Source: Octopus vulgaris
Taxonomy: Eukaryota
Reading direction: 5' to 3'
Length of the DNA: 64,000 nucleotides
Assembly (NCBI GenBank): GCA_951406725.2
Contig: OX597837.1
Coordinates: 16,430,001-16,494,000, forward strand
Under the pieces are notes generated by a model that did no database searches, had not been told where the DNA came from, and worked only from the letters and a program-made list of their open reading frames with translations. Both the position numbers and the translations under genes were made by a program. Positions within the stretch are counted from its first letter, which is position 1. Each line of letters opens with the position of its first letter. Positions 39,973 to 52,611 of this stretch are shown piece after piece.

Positions 39973-40500
39973 ATCATCATCATTGTCATTGTTTAACTTT
40001 TGCTTTCCATATGCTAGCATGGGTTGGTCAGTTTGACTAAGGACTGGCAAGCCAGAAGGCTGTGCCAGGCCCCAATCTGACCTAGCACAGTTTTTACATC
40101 TGGATGCCTTTCCTAATGCCTTTCCTACACTCCGAGAGTGTAGTGGGTGCTTTTTACGTGCTGCCAGCATGAGGGCCAATCAGGCGGTACTAGCATCAGC
40201 CAAAACAATGACTTCACTTGTCTCAACAGGTCTTTGCAGGCCCAGTTTATTACTCAATGATTGAAGAGTACTCTTAAATGGGCTGGTTATGCTGCACTGG
40301 CATATGTCACGGTTATGGTATCTCTTAGTTTGCCGGGTCTTCTCAAGCACAGCATGTCTCCAAAGGTCGTGGTCACTTGTCATTGCCTTCGTGAGGCCCA
40401 ACATTCAAAAGTTGTGCTTCACCACCACATCCCAGGTCTTCGATCTACCTCTTCCACAGGTTCCCTCTACTGCTAGGATGTGATACTTTTTCACACAACT
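39973..40500 (-). mobile_element. RTE LINE 3' end
   Basis: Encodes MLGLTKAMTSDHDLWRHAVLEK, homologous to LRTLGLTEAMTRDR at the end of the 26-29 kb LINE, followed by the 3'UTR tail. Confidence 0.85.
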
Positions 40501-41016
40501 GTATATATATATATATATTCTTCTGTCTAGTTTCAGCTCATAGCTGCAGCTATGCCGATGCACCACCGTTTAAATAATGTAAAGCCAGCCGAAATACCAT
40601 GATCGTTGCCAGAGCGGCTAACTGGCTTCCGTGCCGGTGGCATGTAAAAAGCACCATTTGAGCGTGATCATTACCAGCATCGCCTTACTAGCACTTGTGC
40701 CGGTAGCACGTGAAAAAACATTCAAGTGAGGTCATTGCCAGTGCCACTAGACTGGTGCCTTTGCAGGTAGGACGTAAAGAACACCATTTGAGCGTGGCCG
40801 TTGCCAGTACCGCCTGACTGGCACTCGAGCCGGTGGCATGTAAAAGCACCCACTACACTCTCGGAGTGGTTGGCATTAGGAAGGGCATCCAGCTGCAGAA
40901 ACTCTGCCAGATCAAGATTGGACTCTGGTGCAGCCATCTGGTTCGCCAGTCCTCACTCAAATCATCCAACCCATGCTAGCATGGAAAGCGGACGTTAAGC
41001 GATAATGATTATGATG

Positions 41017-41069
<53 letters not shown>

Positions 41070-41968
41070 CATACATACATAAATACATATATATATATAC
41101 ATACATATATACATACATACATACATACATATATATATATATATACATACATACATATATATATATACATACATACATACATATATATATATACATACAT
41201 ACATACATATACACATACATACATACATATACACATACATACATATATATATATATATACACACATACACACATACATATACATACACATACATATATAC
41301 ACATACATATATATATACACATACATACATATATATATACACATACATACATATATATATATATACACATACATACATACATATATATATATATACATAC
41401 ATATATATATATACACATACATACATACATATATATATACACATACATACATACATATATACACATACATACATACATATATACACACATACATATATAT
41501 ACACATACATATATACACACATACATATACATATATACACACATACATATACATATATACACACATACATATACATATATGCACACATACATATACATAT
41601 ATACATACATATACATATATACATACATATACATATATACATACATACATATATACATACATACACATACATACATATATATATATACATACATACATAC
41701 ATACATACACATATATATACATACACATATATATACATACATACACATATATACACATATATACACATACATACACATATACACATATATATACATATAT
41801 ATACATATATACACATATATATATATACACATATATATATACGCATATATATATACGCATATAAAAGAAAAGAAAAGAAATATATATATACGCATATATA
41901 TATACGCATATATATATACACGCATATATATATACATGCATATATACATGCATATATACATGCATATA
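41017..41968. repeat. ~950-bp compound (TA)n/(CATA)n/(CA)n microsatellite
   Basis: Seen directly in the sequence; a similar tract lies at 50041-50315. Confidence 0.98.
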
Positions 41969-44900
41969 TAAGGGAATCTGAGAGCAGATAGCGATAGAGT
42001 ATAAGCAGTAGGGGACGGATGGAGAGGCTAAGAGACAGCAGGTGATATAGATAGAGTAAGGAATCAGATAGCAAATAGAAAGGCTAAGAGACAGCAGGTG
42101 ATATAGATAGGGTATAAGGACCAGGGCAGTTAGAAAGGGTAAGAGCGATATAGACAGAGGGAGATGAGGTGGTGGAAGAGAGGCAGGACAGGGAAGTGTG
42201 GTTCTAGGGGCAGTCGTTGAGCGGTCGTCGAGGAACACAGACGGATCTTGCAGTCGCTGGCCGGTCCTCGAAGAAGACAGACGGACCTTGGATTTAAGGA
42301 GCAAGCGTTGGAATTCTTAGGAGCAAGTTGGATGCGAGAAAGCTTGGCGGCACAGAAGATAATTAGCAGTATTCAGAGGAATTAGCAGTATTGAGAGGAA
42401 TGGGACACTGGCAGATTCAATTAGGAATTGAGGTATGTGATTTGTGTATTGATATGTGTCACGGTGTATTGAGCAGTGAAGAGAACAGTCAAGGACTCTG
42501 TCGATGTGGTCGATAAAGGACATTGTGAAGAAGAAGAGTAAAGGACTTGTTGATTGTGATGTTTAGGAAGAGACTTTAAAGAACTGTTGTCTTGGGACGT
42601 GTACTCTTGAATTGTTACATGATGTTGTATTATGCTTTGAGTTGTACTCTTGAAATACTGTTGTATTATGTATTGAGTAGTCACATGCATGCTTTGATGT
42701 ATCTTGATGTTGTAACAATTGATTGTCGTATAAACTGTTGTTGAATATAGTGTAGCCAGTGTCTCTGTTGCCTTGCCTCTCTTTGGGTTGTATCTCGGGT
42801 TGTGCCTCTGTATCTCTGTGCTGTTGAGGTTGTGGCAGTATCTATCTGTATCTCCTCTCTCCGCCTCTTTGGGTTCCGTGGCGGAACTTGTGTGAGCCGT
42901 TCGGGACGGGCGACGACGGATGATTCCGTAACAACTGGTGTCAGAAGTGGGATTGTCCTGATTGCTGCGTTTCGATCGGTTCTTTTTCGCTATGGATTTG
43001 TCTGGTTGTCAGACCGGAGACGAGGAGATTTCGCTTGCCCTGATTGTGGAGATGTTAAGGGGCCAGATGGCGCAGACGGATGCGTTCATGGAAAGGATGG
43101 ACGAGAGGCGACAGGGCCTGTGGGCAGATCAGCGAGAGCTTGAGGTTGCGGATGGGTCAGCTTTGGACGATCGGTGTTGGACCGGGGATAGCGACGGTCC
43201 TGTGGGCAGAGATTGCCCGTCGAACGAAGCATCGAGAGAAGCGGAACCTGGGCTGGTTGCCGAAATTTGTGACGCTGTACCCAAGAAATCTTGTGATTTG
43301 GAATCTGTAGAGGTTAAGGAATCTGAAAGGCCTGTTGAAGGTGTTATGGCTGATGCTGTTGTTCCGTGTCTGGGGCCCTTGACATCTCGACCCCTATCTG
43401 TCGGAGCTCGGGACGAAGAGCTGGCGAGGTCTGGGGCGAATGTCGCTGAGTCCGAGGTTCCGGCTCTGTGTGTGATGGTCGCGGCAGGTGTTGTGCCGTG
43501 TGCGAGTCCTTTGGTGTCTGGACCCCTGTCTCTTGGGGCCCAGAAGGACTGTATGGTTCCCACTGTGGGGCGGCCACGGGCGTGGATGGACCGTCGGACG
43601 AGCGTGTGTGTTGTGAGGCCTGCGGTACGGAAGCTGGTGAGGAAAAGGACCAGGCCCGTTGACGAGGCGAGACGGCTGCGAACGGTGGTGGGTCCACCGA
43701 GTCCAGGAAGACTGCTTCAGCGTTGGGTGAGCTTTGTGGTTGATGGTTGCTTGGGGCCGGTGGAGCCCGACAGGCAGTGCCTAGTGAAAGCTCGATTGAG
43801 AGTCGGGTGGACCCTAGTGGAAGCAGAAGCTGGTGGAGCGCTGGCTGGGTAGGCCGATCTTTTGGAAGTGGCACAGGCGATTTGCAGAAGGCAAATCGAG
43901 GAATCGTGCCAGATGGCGAACCAGTGGTGGGGCCAGCTCTGCCGATACGGCAATGCAGTTGAAGGAGGTGGTGGCCCACGGATGCAGTTGAGGAAGCGGT
44001 CCGCAAGGAGTCGCTGGTGCTTTGTTGGCACTTGGGGGAGCTCTGTATTTGATGGTTGCGTGGGGCCGGTGGAGCCCGACATGCAGTGCGGAGTAAGAGC
44101 TTAATTGAGGGTCGGCTGGACCCTGGTGGAGGCAGAGGCTGACAGAGCGCTGGGTGGGTCGGCCGAGTTATTGAAGGCTGCGCAGGCGATTTGCAGAGGG
44201 CAAATCGTGGAACTGCGCCGGACGGTAAACCAGCGGCGGGGTCAGTTCTGCCGGTGCAGTGATGAAGTTAAGGGAGATTGTGGTCCGCTGATGCAGTTGC
44301 GGAAGAAGCAACCGTTGGTGAAGAGCGCAGGACGTTGGTCGCGAGGGTTGTTGGATGCTGGTCGCACGGACCGGGCAGAACGTTTCGTCGACCAAGGCGG
44401 TCGTCGCTTGAGGAAGCAGCGAGGCCGGAGGAAGGCCCCAGTACAGCAGCGCAAGAGGAGATATCGGCGACAGGGAGCAGTGAAAGGACAGAATGGTCCG
44501 TGGTCGTCAGCGATAATTGCGCGGAATGGAGATGGTACAGCAAGGTGCTACGTGGGCTATAGAGCCCTGAGGAAGGTGGCCACTGTGAAGGATTGGCCGG
44601 ACCCTTCCTGTGTGAGGGATTTGAGGAACTTCCTCGGACGGTGCGCCTATTGTGGGCGGCTAGTAGGAAGCCTGGCGGCGTTGGCGGAGGTGTTACCCAA
44701 GCCGCAGAGGGAAGGTGCCAACCTGTGGCTGGTGCTGAAGTGGTGGCCGTGGGAGGTGAGACCCCCGGAGGAGAAACCACCCAAGGGGACCCCCAGCCCC
44801 CGGAGAGCTCGCCCTCGGAGGTGCGAGTTTTGTTATGCTTTGTCGGGTCGACAAAAGCTTAGGTAGGGGGTAGTGTTACGGTTGGCTAAGTGCATTTCGG

Positions 44901-45341
44901 GTTTAATTAGTGTAGTGTTTCTGTTGACCCACATAGGAATAATGGCACCATCATGTCTGGTGAAAATGTGACAGGTTCTTGTTTAATGGGTTTTGGAAGG
45001 ACCTTTGCCCTTGTGCCGGTCGAGAAAGGGTCAGTGAAGAAGTGAAGAGGAAGACAGATTAAGGGAATCTGAGAGCAGATAGAGATAGAGTATAAGCAGT
45101 AGGGGACGGATGGAGAGGCTAAGAGACAGCAGGTGATATAGATAGAGTAAGGAATCAGATAGCAAATAGAAAGGCTAAGAGACAGCAGGCGATATAGATA
45201 GGGTATAAGGACCAGGGCAGTTAGAAAGGGTAAGAGCGATATAGACAGAGGGAGATGAGGTGGTGGAAGAGAGGCAGGACAGGGAAGTGTGGTTCTAGGG
45301 GCAGTCGTTGAGCGGTCGTCGAGGAACACAGACGGATCTTG
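41969..45341 (+). mobile_element. Young GC-rich non-autonomous Gypsy-derived LTR element with both LTRs truncated
   Basis: The 5'LTR ends ccgtaaca (42933), followed by a tRNA-Leu-type PBS tggtgtcagaagtgggat (42936-42953). A PPT aggtagggggtag precedes the 3'LTR start tgttacgg (44874). The shared LTR segment 41969-42250 = 45060-45341 has ~2 differences. RT remnants GPWSSAII..DGTARCYVGYRAL and VKDWPDPSCVRDLRNFLGRCAY. Confidence 0.9.
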
Positions 45342-45617
45342 TAAAAAGCACCATCCAATCATGGCCGTTTACCAGCCTCGTCTGGCACCTGTGCCGGTGG
45401 CACATAAAAAGCACCCATTACACTCACGGAGTGCTTGGCGTTAGGAAGGGCATCCAGCCGTAAAAACATTACCAGATCAGACTGGGCCTGGTGCAGCCTT
45501 CTGGCCTTCCAGACCCCAGTTGGACCGTCCAACCCATGCTAGCATGGAAAGCGGACGCTAAATGATGATGATGATGATACGTATACACACATAAATATAC
45601 ATAAATACATGTAAATA

Positions 45618-46492
45618 TACAAGGGGGTACCCAAAGTAACTGGAAACATTCTGTGAGACAAGCCTATTGTAGTTTGGGCTTCCGCTGCAAGAGGCATCTG
45701 ATGCAACCCTCAGACATCAGTCTGCCAACTGGTGTCATCAGGTGAGCTTGTACTGCCATGTGGTGCATCTCTGTTTTGCAGTGCTTCTCCTGTTCATCAA
45801 TTTTTGTGATGTCTGAAATGAAGGGACAGTGTGCTTCCATGAAATTCTGTTTACTGCTGGGGAATATGGCAGCTGAAACAGTTATCATGCTTCAAACATC
45901 TTACAAAAGTGCTACCATGAGCAGAGCAAGTTTACAAGCAGTTTCCATGCTTTAGGAATGGTCACTTGAAGACCAACCTCATTCAGGATAACTGTCAAAC
46001 TCTTGAATGAATGAAAACACTGATCTTGGTGAACCCTCACTGAACAATTGATGGACTTGCTGATAGGATTGCTGTGTCCTGCAGCTCCTGCCAACAGTGA
46101 GGAATTAGACATGTAAAGAGTTGCAGCAAAATTTGTGCCTCACTTGCTTACAGAAGATCAAAAGCAGTCACAATAATGGGGGGGGGGGGTCATGAACTGA
46201 AAGAACAGTTGGAAGTTGACCCAGACTTTTTTTTAAAGGTCATCACTGGTGATGAAAGCTGGTGTTACAGAAATTGCAGATGTAGAAGAGAAGAAAAAAA
46301 AATCGATGGAGGCATTAAAATGCATCACTTCACAAGAGTTCCAGGATTGCTTCGAAACGTGGAAAATGCATCTGGACCAATGCACTGCTTCAAATGGAAA
46401 ATACTTTGAAGGTGATAAAAGTGTAAACATGTAAAACTAAATGAATAAAATACTATTGCAAAATTCCAGTTTCTTTTGGGTACCTCCTTGCA
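45618..46492 (+). mobile_element. Degenerate mariner element
   Basis: TIRs caagggggtacccaaagtaactggaa / ttccagtttcttttgggtacctccttg; motifs MKFCLLLG, KVITGDESWCY and FQDCFETWK...CTASNGKYFEGD. Confidence 0.85.
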
Positions 46493-47485
46493 TATATATA
46501 TGTGTGTGTGTGTGTGTGTGAACATATATACATCCACATATATGCACACACATACATACATATATCCATATATGTGTGCGTGTATATAAATTTACACACA
46601 CACAGTTTCCAAACTGTATTTTGTCTTTCTTTGATGAAGTGCAAGGTGGTGAGAGGACAATAAATAGATTTTATGAACCCTTTGGTATTTAAACCATCAA
46701 TATTTGGCCCAAATATTCTGTTTTATGTTCAAGCAGGCCAGGTCCTGCCTTCAACACATGCCTTACATTGTTATTCTAAAAAGAAAGAATCACATCATTG
46801 AAATCTCAAAAGTATGAGATAAAGCAGGATTTATTCAAAACAATGTGAATAAATAAGCATTGCATTTGACAAATTAATCTGAATGTTAAAGGATCAATAC
46901 TGGTATTTGTCAGCTGGGAAATCCCTGACCCCAGACAGTCTAAATGAATCAATACATGCACTTGAATAACAATGTATATAGAAAAATGGCAGCCACAGCA
47001 GATTCTAAGAATTGGGTGTTTTGATTTCATTTGGTCTGCTCAGTAACACATGCCCCCAGACTTTCTGAGCTAAGCCCCCAGGTTATTCGTTCTGATATGT
47101 TAAAATAACTATGGCTATAATAGAAACCATCATACATACATACGTGTGTATGTGTGTGTGTGTACACACCTATTCATGTATGTGCATGTGTGTGTGACTA
47201 TTTCTTTGTCTTGATATTGTGTGATAGTTGTGAATGCCACCGTAATGAAAGTGGTGTCTGTCATTTCTGGTATTTTGAGAAAAATATTTCCTCTCGTCAT
47301 GAGGAAATATTACCTTCATTGGAAACAAATGAGGGTTGCCGACAGGATGAGATCCGGCTGTAGAAACTCTGCCTTAACAAATTCTGTCCAACCTAAGTTA
47401 GCTAGGAAATGCAAATGTTCAACTGATGACAATACTCGGATGAACACATACATTTATGTATATATAATAAAGCATAAATCCAAAC

Positions 47486-47537
47486 CTTGTTGGCTGTGTC
47501 CACGGGCTTTTCCCGAATTAGAGGGCTGTCGACTCAT
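47486..47537 (-). CDS. Siah1: Siah E3 ubiquitin ligase, first coding exon (MSRQPSNSGKARGHSQQ + 1 nt)
   Basis: Minus strand reads tttatcatttcag|GTAGTTG...GCAGC ATG AGT CGA CAG...CAA CAA G|gtttgg. The MSRQ start matches the SIAH1 N-terminus and the phase-1 donor fits the next exons. An acceptor at 47560-61 implies a further upstream 5'UTR exon, not located. Confidence 0.8.
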
Positions 47538-48479
47538 GCTGCTAGCATACAGCAACTACCTGAAATGATAAAACAATACAGTTTTTATAAACGGAATATT
47601 AGATAACAATTCAACATTTTATACTTACATCATCAATGATGATGGTTAAAGTAATAGTTGTAATTTTAGATTGTTGTTTAGACCAATATAGGATTGGTAG
47701 AGCTAGCAGACCGCTGATAATTGGTGTCTACTTTAGACAAAACTAAAATGAACTTAGTAGTGCCAGGAGAGTTGCATTGGTCTGGTTCTGATGTTTTGAG
47801 CATGTGGTCACAAGCTCAAAATTTACAAGTGCAGCCCATAACCTTTAGAACACTATTTTTACCTCAATCTGCATAGCTGACATAATAGGTTCCACTTCTG
47901 CCCCGAGGATGAGGAGCAGCTTAACATCAAGAAATACATCCTACTTGATGAGAAAAGCACCCAACTATTTGCCAAGCTAATAAGAGAATCTATGTTGGCT
48001 GAATTTCTCTCAAATCATCTTAAAAGAAGGAGTACACTGGATAATGTAATCTAAGATACACTAACTCTCATCAGCATCATCATGTTGGGCATGGATCGGG
48101 GGTGTCTTCCAAGTTTGAATAATTTTTTGATTGGAAGCCACTGGTGCTCATGTGTTTCATTTAGCTTAGTTTCTTTTGCTTGGTGACCCGACCAGTGCTG
48201 GTGCCATGTCAAAAGCATCCAGTCTACATTGTAAAGTGGTTGGCATTTGGAAGGACATTCAGCTGTAAAAAAAAAAACCACCATGCCAAAACTGATCTCA
48301 CCTGTGCTGGTGGCACATAAAAAACACTCAGCCCATTCTGCAGAATGGCTGATATTACGAAGGGCATCCAACAGTAAAAACCATTCCAAAACAGACAGCA
48401 AGATATGGTGCAGTCTTCTGCCTAGCCAGTTCCCATGAAATCATCCAACCCATGCCAGCATGGGAAGCAGAAATTTTTT

Positions 48480-49477
48480 ATTTTTACTTTCATTGAGTCT
48501 TTTTCTTCTTAAAACAAAAAAAAACCCATTTTTGCTTTATTTTTTTGCAGAATAATTGACTATGAAAAATTTAGAACCCTCCAATTTGTGGACAAGGAAT
48601 GGAGTCCTCCTTGGAATCCACACTGGAAGGACAAACAAGATTTCAAACTCTCTCAAGGTTAGCAGAAGGATAGTGGAAAAGGTCTGAAAGGAGCTGGAAG
48701 ATGCAGGATTTGACTACAAGATGACAGCAGAGAGAAGAAAACACATCAGAGTGCCAGGATTCATCGCTGAAATCCAGATCATCAACAATGATCCCAGCAA
48801 ACTGTGTGGATGAAAAGCTTGTCAGGCTGGTGGTGTTAGAGGATATTCACTACTTGTGGTGCAGGAAAAGCAATTCAAGCACACCAAGAAGCTGATCCAG
48901 TTGAAACACCTGATGGGACCAGACATGCTGTGGTTCTACTGCAATGAGAAGAATTTCTGCCAAAACCAGAACAACAGGTGGCTCGCCATCTCATTCAAAG
49001 ACATACCCAGAGTCATGCAGATGAAATTTTTAGCAACAGCCATGACATCATACCACCCCGTTTCTTCCCTGATTCTCAGAGCTTCAGGCTGAACACCAAC
49101 AACCCTGGGTAGCAGCAGGGAATTCATAGATGTGGCAGCAAGACTCTGCACCCTGCCACATCAGTCAGAAGGCCCAGGCCTGGTAATTAGAGAGTTTCTT
49201 TGATCAAACTGCAACCTCCTCTTCGTGTTGGGCATGGTGGGATGATAGACCAATAAATTCAGCTGCAATATGAAGGACAAGCTGAGGGCTAGGATTACCA
49301 GGGAGACCTCCAAGGGCCTAAGATGGGAGATAATAACAAAAGCTTGTGGCTGGTTCTGAGGTCACCTGGGGGCTGTCATTGAAGTGGCTTCAATGACTCA
49401 AATTTGATGAATAGCTCTTAAAAAATAACACTAACTACTTCCTGAGATAATCATTATGTGAACAAATACCATCGGCA

Positions 49478-49484
<7 letters not shown>
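48480..49484 (+). mobile_element. Decayed Tc1-like transposon fragment
   Basis: Remnant WFYCNEKNFCQ..QNNRWLA (D of the DDE region) and a C-terminal F...L.AVIE; ends ggcaaccctata. Confidence 0.55.
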
Positions 49485-49515
<31 letters not shown>

Positions 49516-50038
49516 TCAACTCTGTCGGTCAGGAATGACCATGGGTGCACCCAAGAGGTTCCCCCCTGGGGTACAAGCCTGGGCAGAAAGTCGCCTCACC
49601 AGTGAATGCACAATCTAGGGTTGTTTTAATGGAAGACCAGCAGTCATCCATGCATACCAACCTCCCCTCTCCATGCCACTGATGTTATCCAAGGCAAAGG
49701 CCAATACAGCTTGGCACCAGTGACTTCGCAATGGAACCGTCCAACCCATGCCAGCATGGAAAGAATATGTTAAACGACAATGAGGATATTCACTGCATCG
49801 GAAATTTGCAAAGGCTCCATAACTACAGTCTCGGCCGTAATGTTGCAGCTCTAGTAATCCATAACAGCACTTACCTAGCGTACCTAATCGTTTAGATCAC
49901 CTGTGAAATAAACCCCCATACTTTATATATATATATATATAATCATCATCATCATCATCGTTTAACGTCCGTTTTCCATGCTAGCATGGGTTGGATGGTT
50001 CGACCGGGGTCTGGAAGCCAGAAGGCTGCACCAGGCTC

Positions 50039-50087
<49 letters not shown>

Positions 50088-50276
50088 ATATGTATATATG
50101 TATATATATATATGTATATATATATATGTATATATGTATATGTATATATGTATATGTATATATATATATGTATATATGTATATGTATATATGTATATGTA
50201 TATATGTATATGTATATATGTATATGTATATATGTATATGTATATATGTATATATATATATGTATATATATATATG

Positions 50277-50315
<39 letters not shown>

Positions 50316-50368
50316 GAAAAAACAAGTCAAAAATAGAAAATGCTAAGATAATTTTATAGTGAATCTTT

Positions 50369-50406
50369 CAGTACCGGTTTCGGTCATTTTGAGACCTTTT
50401 CAACTG
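50369..50406 (-). ncRNA. Minimal hammerhead ribozyme motif (U3-A8 variant) in the inverted pLTR
   Basis: Minus strand cag TTGAAAA ggtc-tcaaaat-gacc GAAA ccg GTA ctg with an intact palindromic ACCGGT helix III. Confidence 0.65.
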
Positions 50407-52573
50407 TAACGATTAAATAATTAAATTTAGAAAAATTAGAAGAAAAGTTTTTTTTAAAGAATATTTCTGTAGTAGTGTTCAGATATAAGTAGCATTCTGC
50501 CTTTCTCTGACTCCCTTGTTTGCACTTGTGTGTACGAGGTCGTTTTGAGTTCTTGGTAGGATAGGTGAAGAATAAGGAGGCTGATGTGGAGAGGGGGTGG
50601 GGAAATCTGGGAATGCCTTAATGGTCGTATTTTGGCTATTCTGGCTAGAATTCTGGCTAGAGAATCACGCCAACGAACTACCACACTGCATCAAAAAAGA
50701 ATTTGTGATAGAAGGGGTTAAATTCATCCTGGAAAATAACTTCTTCGCCTTCAATGACAACTTCTACCGACAAAAATCGGGGACTGCGATGGGTACACGA
50801 ATGGCCCCCTCCTTTGCCAACCTAGTCATAGGATACCTAGAGATCAGTCTGTATCGTAAGGTTCTAGAAAGATATGGCAGCCCTTTCTCCATCTACATAG
50901 AAAACAACTGGAAGAGATATCTAGATGACTGTTTCATCCTTTGGCATAAAAATATAGAAAAACTCATAGAATTCCAGAAAATTTTAAACGGACTGGACGT
51001 AAACATCCAATTCACGATGGAATATAGCCAACAACAACTCCCCTTCCTTGATATCCTCATTAAGAAAGCTAATAATATAATAGAAACAGACATATACTAT
51101 AAGCCTACAGACTCTAAGCAATATCTTCCATTCAATTCAGACACACCAGGATGAATATCCCCTTCAATCTAGCAAAAAGGATATGCACTATAGTCTCTAA
51201 CGCAAACACCAGAGACACACGACTACAAGAACTAAAAGATACCCTTATCACCAGGAACTATCCACCTTCACTTATTGACAAGTGCATTCAACGTGCCCTT
51301 CAACTTAACATCAAGGAACTGAGACATCCCAAGTCAAAGAAAAACTTACAACCAAAAGCCTTACCATACATCTCCACACACAACCCTCTCAATAACGAAG
51401 CCTTCGACACCATCCTCCACAACATACCCCTCCTAAAAAAAGACCACAGAATGAACACAATCCTCCAAACACACACGATCATAAAAAGCAAAAGACAGCC
51501 TAGATCCATGAAAAGTCTCCTAACACAAGCCTGAATTCACTCTTCAACACAGAAGCCGACAGTAAAAAAATGTGGAAGACCCAATTGCGGGATATGCGAC
51601 TATCTAATTGAGGGATCAGAGTTCTCCTTCAAACAGGGACAACGGTTTACAGTGAAAAGCAACTTCACATGTGCTTCGGAGAACCTAATATACTCACTAA
51701 CCTGCTCCGGGTGTCAAGAGCAGTACATAGGCCAAACAAAAAATGGTTTGCGTAAACGAATGGCCCTGCACAGATCCCAGATAAAAATTCCCCAAAACAG
51801 AAAAATAGCTTTTAGCCAACACATAGATACTTGCGCCAACAAAAAAACACCAAACTTCAGAATTTTCCCCCTCTACCAATTTAGGGACGATACAACCTCG
51901 AGACAACGAATAAGTAAAGAAAATCTCTTTATTACAAAATACAAGCCACTTCTTAACGGGTCTACGACAAACAATTAATATACCTCAACTTTAGAATAAA
52001 AGAAATATATACACACACAAATATTACACTCCATAGAATCCATTACTAATCAGCCCCATCACAGCTATACTTACACCCATTCATATTCTCCCTTCTGTTT
52101 TTTTCTTCTTCTTCTTCCTCTTCTTCTTCATCATCATCATCGTCGTCATCATCATCACCACCATCATCACCACCATCTTCTCCTTCTTCTTCTTCATCAT
52201 CATCAACATCGTCGTCATCTTCTTCTTCTACTTCTCCACCTTCCACCCCTTAACCTTGTCACTAATGTCTTTCAGTATAACGCCTACGCAAATTCCATAA
52301 ACAATTCCTGAATTGAACTGCGACTACTGTCAGCCACTGACCATTCAAAATACGACCATTAAGGCATTCCCAGATTTCCCCACCCCCTCTCCACATCAGC
52401 CTCCTTATTCTTCACCTATCCTACCAAGAACTCAAAACGACCTCGAACACACAAGTGCAAACAAGGGAGTCAGAGAAAGGCAGAATGCTACTTATATCTG
52501 AACACTACTACAGAAATATTCTTTTAAAAAAACTTTTCTTCTAATTTTTCTAAATTTAATTATTTAATCGTTA

Positions 52574-52611
52574 CAGTTGAAAAGGTCCCAAAATGACCGA
52601 AACTGGTACTG
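52574..52611 (+). ncRNA. Minimal type-I hammerhead ribozyme motif (U3-A8 core variant) in the 3' pLTR
   Basis: cag TTGAAAA ggtc-ccaaaat-gacc GAAA ctg GTA ctg: stems I and II and a GUA triplet are present; the helix III palindrome is broken (actggt). Confidence 0.6.

Noticed and set aside
40957-42304. Long 334-431 aa ORFs rich in Y/I/C/V/M
   Set aside because: Translations of the (TA)/(CA) microsatellite; the same applies to 49978-50346 and similar ORFs.
52046-52246. Acidic D/E-rich ORF
   Set aside because: Antisense reading of (TCA)n/(TCT)n repeats in the PLE 3' region.
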